A stretch of 14,000 nt of DNA from positions 1 through 14,000 of IMG/VR virus record IMGVR_UViG_2778261687_000010. One strand, written 5' to 3'. Below, in pieces: positions 7,885 to 14,000 of this stretch. A model generated the notes under the pieces. It saw only the letters and a list, made by a program, of their open reading frames with translations, made no database searches and had not been told where the DNA came from. How positions within the stretch are numbered: the stretch's first letter is position 1; every line of letters begins with the position of its first letter. This DNA is from a virus. Lineage: Duplodnaviria; Heunggongvirae; Uroviricota; Caudoviricetes. A program made the translations under genes and the position numbers.

Positions 7885-8855
7885 GCTGCTTTCCCTAAGT
7901 TACCCCAGCGTGATTTTCGCTGGTTTTCAAAGTTTAATGGCTCGTTGTCAATGGCATGGGCGATAGCCCAGAAACTGTCTGCGTGTCCTGTTTCTGCTGT
8001 GCGATCGGCGACGAAAGTCATTGCGTTGCCGCTGGCCGTGGACGTACGGCGGATGGTCATAAAGCTGGCGGCGATTTCGGTCTTCTCCTTATCCCATTCC
8101 ACGCGGCCGTCTTCGATAACGTCGATCATCTTCATCACCAGACGATTTTTGGTCTCGACGCCGTAGCGGATCGCCACTGCCTGACGCATGGCAAAGTGCT
8201 GAACGTCTTCAAAGACACCGCTACCCAGTCCAGTGATATCAATGCCGATGTAGGTCATGTTGTACTGGCCAAACAGCTTCTTAATCTGTGCCGCCTGCCA
8301 CTTCCAGTTCATCCCCTGCCAGTGGAATACACGCAGTACCCGAAATTTTTCGCCGGCCACTATCGGCGGCGCGATGATCACGAAGGTGGAGGTGTCTCCG
8401 CTGCGAGCCGGGTCATAACCCGCCCACACTTCACGGTTGCCGAACGGCCGGGGCAGGTTTTCGTCATGATCCTCCCAGATATCCGGATCTACACAGCAGC
8501 GTTCTACGTGAGAGAACGAAAATACGCTGTCCTTGCTGTCCACGAACACGCACATATACAGCATGTTGAAAGTGTCGCGGTTGTAGCGGTTGCGCAGCTT
8601 CCCGATGCTGGCGAGATTAAACCCGCCTGCGATCGCGTCTTCCATTGTGATGATGTAGCGCCACTGCCCATCAGGACATAACCGTCCACCGTCGCGCAGC
8701 TCCTTCTCCGTGGGAAATTGTACGCGCGCGCGTTTTTTGTCACCGCGCTTCCATTCTTCACCAGTCCAGAACGGGTACGCCTGGTGCGTTTTGCTGCTGG
8801 GGGTGGAAAAGTAGGTGGTTCGCCATTTGTCGTGTGTGGCCATCGCGCTGGCCAC
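7881..8855 (-). pseudogene. P: Terminase large subunit (P2 gpP-like), 5'-truncated: nuclease domain only
   Basis: The ORF begins with GTG at 8853-8855 and the frame is open only back to about 8885. The C-terminal half carries nuclease-domain features (WAGYDPARSGDTSTFVIIA, GIDITGLGSG, HADSFWA). No Walker A (GxxxxGK[ST]) anywhere. At about 324 aa it is far shorter than typical large terminases, so the ATPase half is missing. Confidence 0.7.
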
Positions 8856-8879
8856 TTCGTTTAATTTTGCAAAGTTGGG

Positions 8880-9100
8880 TATCTGCTATTGAAACCCGTC
8901 TGGGTGAGGCGGAAGAAGCGGTATCTGATGTGCAGGACGATGTGGACACCGTGAAGGAAGTAGTGGACACCGAAGATTTTGCGCGTCTGGTGGGGAACCT
9001 GCCGGAGCTGGTGAAAAACTTCAGCAAGCTGAATAACAAAGTTACTCAACTGCCGGACAAGAAATTCAGCAAGGGCAAAAAAGGCTTCAATTTCCTGTAA
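8880..9100 (+). pseudogene. O: Capsid scaffold (P2 gpO-like) 3' fragment
   Basis: Short acidic, coiled-coil-like ORF tail (AIETRLGEAEEAVSDVQDDVDTVKEVVDTEDF...KKFSKGKKGFNFL) ending 34 nt before the capsid gene, as O precedes N in P2. Only about 70 codons are plausibly scaffold. The assignment rests on position and composition. Confidence 0.4.
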
Positions 9101-9134
9101 GGGATAACACTACTTTTCTTTAAGGAAAAAGAAT

Positions 9135-10163
9135 ATGCAATTAAATGCGAAAGCCCGTGAGTTTCTGCTTCAGTATCACACCGGGCTGCGTGAATCCTAC
9201 GGGGCGACCGACAGCGAACGCTGGTTTGCACTCACCGACCCCAAAGAAACCCAGCTGCGCAATGCGCTGATGGAGCAGTCTGATTTCCTGAATCTGATCA
9301 CCGTTGCCGATGTCGATCAGCTGCAGGGGCAGGTGGTTCCGGTTGGCAGCTCTGGCCTGTATACCGGGCGTGTACTGGATGGCCGCTTCCGTAAGAAAGT
9401 GGGCGTGAGTGGTAATGATTACAGTCTGGTCGAGACCGACTCATGCGCCGCACTCACCTGGCAGTTGCTTTCTGTCTGGGCGAACGCCGGCGATGAAAAC
9501 GAGTTTTTCCAGCGTGTTCAGGAGTTCACCAATCAGGCGTTTGCGCTGGATATGCTGCGTATCGGCTTTAACGGTACCAAAGTGGCTGAGACCACGAACG
9601 CGGAAACCAACCCGAACGGCGAGGATGTGAACAAGGGCTGGCATCAGATCGTCAAAGAGTGGAAGGACGGCCAGCAGATCATCACTGATGCGGTGGTGCT
9701 TGACGGTGACGGGAAAGGCGATTACGTGTCGCTGGATGCAATGGCCTCCGACCTTATCAACGCCAAAATCCCGGCACAGTACCGTAATGATCCACGCCTG
9801 GTGGTTCTTGTCGGCGCTGATCTGGTCGCGGCGGAGTCGTTCCGTCTGTATCAGAAAGCAGACAAACCCACGGAGAAGATCGCCGCGCAACTGCTGTCTG
9901 ACAGCATCGCCGGCCGCACGGCTTACGTACCGCCGTTTATGCCAGGCAAACGCATGATTGTTACGACACTGCCAAACCTGCACATCTACACCCAGCGCGG
10001 CACGCGTCAGCGTAAAGCGGAGTTTGTGGAAGACCGTAAACAGTACGAAAACAAATACCTGCGTAACGAAGGTTATGCGGTTGAGTATCCGGAACTGTAC
10101 GCCGCGTTTGATGAAAGTGCGGTAGCTATCGGGGCACCTGTCGCGCCTCCGGCAGGCGAGTAA
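9135..10163 (+). CDS. N: Major capsid protein, P2 gpN-like
   Basis: 342 aa, with several blocks matching remembered P2 gpN: FLNLITVADV vs FLTRINIVPV, IGFNGTKVAETTNAETNP vs AGFNGVKRAETSDRSSNP, DPRLVVLVGADLVAAESF vs DPDLVVIVGRQLLADKYF. AAGGAAAAAG RBS upstream. Confidence 0.85.
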   Translation: MQLNAKAREFLLQYHTGLRESYGATDSERWFALTDPKETQLRNALMEQSDFLNLITVADVDQLQGQVVPVGSSGLYTGRVLDGRFRKKVGVSGNDYSLVETDSCAALTWQLLSVWANAGDENEFFQRVQEFTNQAFALDMLRIGFNGTKVAETTNAETNPNGEDVNKGWHQIVKEWKDGQQIITDAVVLDGDGKGDYVSLDAMASDLINAKIPAQYRNDPRLVVLVGADLVAAESFRLYQKADKPTEKIAAQLLSDSIAGRTAYVPPFMPGKRMIVTTLPNLHIYTQRGTRQRKAEFVEDRKQYENKYLRNEGYAVEYPELYAAFDESAVAIGAPVAPPAGE

Positions 10164-10173
10164 GGGGGATTTA

Positions 10174-10743
10174 ATGCAACTGTCACCGGCACAGCGCCAC
10201 AGCGCACGAATTGAAGCGGAGCGGTTACTGCGACAGCAGCAGTCTCTGGACACGGAAACCAGCCTGCATATTCAGATTGTCGCGCTGGAGAAAGATGTCG
10301 CCGCAGCTGCAGCGATTGAAAGCCGCGCTGAGCGAATGGAATTTAAGCGTGATGTGCTGTTACCGCGCTGGATGCCAACCGCGCAATCCTGGCTGGAAGG
10401 TGACAGTGTGCAACAGAATCCTGTTTTTGCCTGGTGTGTCGTCTGGCTGTTTGATACAGGCCAGTTTGACCAGGCGCTGGACTGGGCGGATGTGGCAATC
10501 CAGCGGGGGCAGGAAACCCCGGCCGCGTTCGGCAGTACGTTCCCGGTGTTTGTGGCGGATACGGTGTTGTCCTGGGCGGAAGCGGAAGCCGTACAGGGGC
10601 ATGATGTGGAGCCGTATTTTGGCCGTACGCTGGAAAACGTGACGCAGCACTGGAATGTGTATGAGGTCATTAAGGCCAAATACGGGGATGGCCATAAAAG
10701 GCGCGTTATCGCCGGCTATCGAAATGTACGACGCGCTGAATGA
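10174..10743 (+). pseudogene. M: Terminase small/endonuclease subunit (P2 gpM-like), probably 3'-truncated
   Basis: N-terminal MQLSPAQRHSARIEA, LLPRWMPT and WLFDTGQFDQALDWADVAI resemble P2 gpM (SPAQRH..., LLPFWLPW, WRLDTGDIAGALEIARYAL). At 189 aa it is shorter than the roughly 247 aa I recall for P2 gpM. Its 3' end overlaps, out of frame, an ORF with tape-measure character. AAGGGGGA RBS upstream. Confidence 0.65.
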
Positions 10744-11419
10744 TGCCGCCGCAAAAGGGATTGATAATCAGGCATTAAAGACAGTACAGCGTGACGCGCT
10801 CCGGTTCAGCATGACCTACGGTGCCAGCGCGGTGGAGTTCGTCAAATCCACAGAGAACATTAACGCTTCCATTGCCGGCCTTACCGCCAGCGAGCTGCCG
10901 AAAGTGACGAAGGTCGCTAATACGCTGGCATTTGCCCTGAAATCCACATCCGCCGACACGGCGGAGTTCATGGGGCAGATGTACGGTAACTTTTCCGCCG
11001 ATGCGGCGCGGCTGGGTAAAGTCCAGTTCGCTGAGCAACTGGCGGGGAAAATGGTGTATATGCGCAAGGTCTTCGGTACCGAAATGGGTACCATCAAAGA
11101 CCTGATGGAAGGGGCGCGAGGTGTCGGGACTAACTACGGCGTCGGGCTGGATGAACAGCTGGCGGTGCTGGGACAGCTAAATCGTACGCTGGGAACAGAA
11201 GCCAGTAGCGCTTACGAAGGCTTCATGACCGGCGCGATGGAGGGAGCTAAAAAGCTGGGGCTGTCCTTCACGGACTCCACCGGCAAAATGCTGTCCATGC
11301 CTGAAATGCTGATCAAGCTGCAGGGCAAATACGGCAAAAGCCTGGAAGGGAACCTGAAAGCCCAGGCGGAGCTGGATGCGGCATTTGGTGACAGTTCAGC
11401 GGTGATAAAACACCTGTAG
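10655..11419 (+). pseudogene. T: Tail tape measure protein fragment (core region)
   Basis: The translation has tape-measure core character: Ala/Gly/Leu-rich with repeated GxxxA and LGxxA blocks (e.g. LAVLGQLNRTLGTEASSAYEGFMTGAMEGAKKLG). It is only about 250 aa, starts inside the M ORF in another frame, and no tail genes precede it. Confidence 0.6.
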
Positions 11420-11454
11420 CCGGGTGTTATCTGCTGATTAAACACTGGGATGAT

Positions 11455-11901
11455 GTGAAAGCGGCGGTGATGAATACGGCAGCGTTTACCGCCGTGGCTG
11501 GTGTGGTGGAATGGCTTGCCGGCGTGTTTTCCGCTGCGTGGCAATGGATCACGGACGGCTGGAACAGCTTTATTGCGCTGCTGACCGGGTTTTCACCGTC
11601 ACAGGCGTTAAGCGGCATGGCCAGCGGGATTGTTTCCCTGTTTGATAACGTCTGGCAGACCATCAAAGGCGGGTTCCTGAAATCGTGGAACTGGATTGTC
11701 GGAAAACTCAATAAAATTCCGGGCGTCGATATTTCACTGGCGAACGAATCTCAACCGGCACTGACAACGAATACCAGAACATTATCGCCTGATTTCTCAA
11801 CCAGCCCGCGTCATGCGGGCTTTATCGCACCCACCAGACCTCACCAGACGCATTCTGAGCGCCGACAGTATCTACACCCGCTCCAATCCCAACTTAATTA
11901 G
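11455..11901 (+). pseudogene. T: Tail tape measure protein fragment (second piece, different frame)
   Basis: W-rich repeats typical of tape-measure C-terminal regions (AAWQWITDGWNSF..., VWQTIKGGFLKSWNWIVGKL). The frame differs from the 10655-11419 piece, and the last 40 or so codons look like out-of-frame read-through. Confidence 0.45.
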
Positions 11902-11976
11902 CTTTAAAAGCACAGCAAGGCGCTGATGCAGCCTGCCACGACGAAATAACGGCGGAAGTGACGAAAACGGCGCTAC

Positions 11977-12000
11977 ACCGCACCCGCCTGCGGTTTTCGT
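11977..12000 (+). terminator. Candidate intrinsic terminator
   Basis: ACCGCA-CCCGCC-TGCGGT hairpin (6-bp GC-rich stem) at 11977-11994 followed by TTTCGTGTT. Confidence 0.35.
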
Positions 12001-12452
12001 GTTGAGAATGATTTCAGTTTTTCTGGGGGTACAAAACACATCGCCAGACTGCGCCAGCGCTGGGGCTTTGGCGGTAGTTCACCGACTGAAATATGTGAAA
12101 CAGATTTCAAGGATTACAGTTTTTGTGCAATTACCGGCCGTGGGTGAAAAATGACGGTGCCGGACTTCATGCGGGTTTAACAGTGATTACGTGACTTTTA
12201 ACGTAACGGCCGCAGCGGGATCACGTAAGCGGGAGAAAGTGACAAGGCCTTATTTGATGTGTTCTGGCGCGGAATGACCGTGAGATGCGGAACTGAAATA
12301 CTTTGCACAGCCTGAACTATAGCCATACCTACATTAACGTACTGCACCAATGCTCAAATCACTAACAGAGATATATACAAAACCACCAACAAATCAGGGT
12401 GATTTCTGACCACTTCTAATTTTTTCAAAAATTTAGGGGGAGCATCGGAAAA

Positions 12453-12718
12453 CCGTCACAAACATCACAGATTTAAAAAATATCATTTATCTATATGATA
12501 TGTATAAGTAAATTCATATATTGAAAACCATCACAAGAGCATCACAAGAGCATCACAGTGTGACGGCCTTAAAACATCACAACTCTGTTTTATAACTCGC
12601 TGAATTTATAGGGTGTGACGGTTTACGTTACGTTTTGTGATGGTTTTACCATCACAACATTTATTCATGATAATCAGATGGTTAATGGTTTTTTTTGTGG
12701 GGCGTGATGGTTGTGACG
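12453..12718. repeat. Iteron-like array: about 12 copies of C(C/A)(G/A)TCACA(A/G) in both orientations flanking an AT-rich tract
   Basis: Direct copies at 12453-12460, 12463-12470, 12529-12536, 12540-12547, 12551-12558, 12575-12582 and 12649-12656. Inverted copies (TGTGA(C/T)GG) at 12559-12566, 12614-12621, 12636-12643, 12703-12710 and 12712-12718. Includes a tandem 11-mer CATCACAAGAG x2 (12529-12550) and a perfect palindrome TGTGATGG-TTTTA-CCATCACA (12636-12656). An AT-rich stretch at 12471-12528 sits between the first and second repeat clusters. Confidence 0.7.
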
Positions 12719-12785
12719 TTTTTCCGATGGGCAACTTAAAAATGCTAAGTAAGACGAAACAAAATTTTAACAGCGTGGTGGGATA

Positions 12786-12805
12786 GCGCCCCTGTTCAGG
12801 GGCGC
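12786..12805. terminator. GC-rich hairpin just downstream of the acyltransferase gene (possible terminator)
   Basis: GCGCCCCTG-TT-CAGGGGCGC perfect inverted repeat beginning 8 nt past the minus-strand stop codon (12813-12815). There is no strong U-tract on either side, so its terminator function is uncertain. Confidence 0.3.
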
Positions 12806-12812
12806 AAATGTT

Positions 12813-14000
12813 CTACTTTGCAATCTGAAGTTGAGGACGCTTATGTATGATGCTGCGACTTTCGACATATTTGTACATAACCGGCGCAATGATACCTGCC
12901 GCAATAATTGCACAAATCTGCCAAACATAGTTTCCTGCACTATATAAATAATGTTTAGATACTGTTTGAGTTATCCCATGAACTAAATAAAGGGAGAAAC
13001 TGCAGGTTCCCAGCATAGTTACAGGCAGGGATGTAAGTAAGCCAAAGTAATCACATCCGCACTTTATTGTGTAGAAAACAATAAACATATAAAGCGGAGT
13101 TGTAGTGTTGTAAGCATGTCGAGTAAAATATATGGCTGCGAATAATAATAAAGCGCAGATTATATCTGATGGGCGCTTGTTGCTCTTGATTGTAGCGACA
13201 AGAAATCCTGCAAGGAAATACATTATATAACTCAGGTGTTGTTCATTGTTTATAAAATACTTGAATAATAAAACACATCCCATTAAAAAAATAACAAATG
13301 CTTCTTTATATTTGATGTTTTTCATTATCAGATATAAAAATGGAATTGCAAGGTATAGGCGTAATTCCCAGACTAACGTCCAGAACACACCAGATGTGGC
13401 AATCTGGAGCGATACACCATTGATGTTAGCGCCAGGCGGATTGAATATAAATGGTAATGAAGATATAAACCATTGCGATACTGGAGTATGGTTATCCGGA
13501 TTCATGATAAATGTTGCAATATATATTATAAATAAAAGAACAACTACAGGTGGGTAAATTCGCATGAATCGTGAAATTGCAAAGCTTTTTACATCGAAGG
13601 AGTCCGCTAGTGCCTTTTTGAAAAATAAAAAAGCAGACAGCATAAAAAAGACCCCAACAGATAACTCTCCTGTTAGATATATGGCGCGTTTTACATTGCT
13701 GAGTGTAATGTACTCAAGAGACCAGTATATATCTGATTCTCCTCCGGCTCTCCAGTAAAGATGGAATACAGCAACCATTGCTGCACAAATTCCACGTAAG
13801 CCATCAAGCGAGGCGTATTTATGTTTTGCAGGTGTAATACCCAATAACTTAGAAGTGACATATATTGTCGCTATAAGTATGCTGAGATAAAGTCCGTATT
13901 CAAAAATATATTTCATTATAATAATTACGCTTGGTGTTTTTATGGATGTTAACATTTTTTGCGGATGTCGGGAATGCTCTGTGGACTTATTGACACGCAT
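12813..14000 (-). CDS. Acyltransferase-3 family integral membrane protein (O-antigen/polysaccharide O-acetyltransferase-like)
   Basis: SLDGLRGICAAMVAVFHL matches the N-terminal signature of acyltransferase-3 / OafA / Oac-type enzymes (LDGLRG...A..VV..H). The remainder is highly hydrophobic with multiple predicted transmembrane segments. The region is very AT-rich. The true start is uncertain: the ORF is open to the window edge, and in homologues the LDGLRG motif lies about 10-35 residues from the N-terminus, so an internal start is plausible. Confidence 0.8.
   Translation of the reverse strand: MRVNKSTEHSRHPQKMLTSIKTPSVIIIMKYIFEYGLYLSILIATIYVTSKLLGITPAKHKYASLDGLRGICAAMVAVFHLYWRAGGESDIYWSLEYITLSNVKRAIYLTGELSVGVFFMLSAFLFFKKALADSFDVKSFAISRFMRIYPPVVVLLFIIYIATFIMNPDNHTPVSQWFISSLPFIFNPPGANINGVSLQIATSGVFWTLVWELRLYLAIPFLYLIMKNIKYKEAFVIFLMGCVLLFKYFINNEQHLSYIMYFLAGFLVATIKSNKRPSDIICALLLFAAIYFTRHAYNTTTPLYMFIVFYTIKCGCDYFGLLTSLPVTMLGTCSFSLYLVHGITQTVSKHYLYSAGNYVWQICAIIAAGIIAPVMYKYVESRSIIHKRPQLQIAK

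Noticed and set aside
7297-8681. Plus-strand ORFs of 241-289 aa (7297-8166, 7956-8681) antisense to the portal and terminase genes
   Set aside because: The opposite-strand genes carry clear portal and terminase-nuclease character; the antisense ORFs are Arg/His/Cys-rich and low-complexity, typical of shadow frames.
9441-10253. 270-aa minus-strand ORF antisense to capsid gene N
   Set aside because: Shadow ORF opposite a well-supported capsid gene, with Cys/Arg-rich composition.
12453-12718. CRISPR array, or canonical CRP or DnaA binding sites, as explanations for the repeat array
   Set aside because: The repeats are 8-11 bp with irregular spacing and mixed orientation, not 28-37 bp repeats with unique spacers. 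TGTGA/TCACA elements occur but not in the TGTGA-N6-TCACA CRP arrangement. The motif does not fit the TTATCCACA DnaA box.
13246-13758. Plus-strand ORFs (103 aa and 64 aa) inside the acyltransferase gene
   Set aside because: They are antisense to a gene with a clear family signature and transmembrane character, and AT-rich DNA generates such ORFs rarely but by chance; no support.
13900-13960. Hand check of the acyltransferase reading frame near its 5' end
   Set aside because: My manual codon walk near 13915 did not reproduce the ORF-track translation exactly. I attribute this to my own transcription error and rely on the computed track, but I flag the start region as unverified.
1-14000. tRNA gene or att core repeat marking the integration site
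   Set aside because: No cloverleaf-like sequence or obvious flanking direct repeat was found by eye. The integrase stop is at the window edge, so attL is probably outside the window.

Overview
This window reads as the left part of a decayed P2-family prophage followed by AT-rich cargo. All homology calls come from reading the translations against remembered P2 proteins and family motifs; no database search was run. Left to right: a P2-type integrase (its stop codon is at window position 1-3), a C-type repressor, a divergent operator/promoter region, Cox, three small genes (one a DEDDh-type 3'-5' exonuclease) and a large zinc-ribbon/TOPRIM primase fused to a Walker-A helicase. Next comes an AT-richer single-gene island (239 aa, DxD-containing GT-A-like protein) in the position where P2 carries tin/old, then an Ogr/Delta zinc-finger activator overlapping the portal gene stop. 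The late region is eroded: portal Q and capsid N look intact, terminase large subunit P has lost its ATPase half, scaffold O is a 3' stub, and terminase small subunit M runs into two out-of-frame tape-measure fragments. After this there is about 900 bp with no ORF of 60 aa or more, holding a terminator-like hairpin and about 12 copies of a CATCACA/TGTGATG octamer beside an AT-rich tract. The window ends in a very AT-rich acyltransferase-3 (O-antigen acetylase-like) membrane protein gene. The two strongest leads for something undescribed are the hotspot cargo gene at 5677-6396 and the iteron-like array at 12453-12718.
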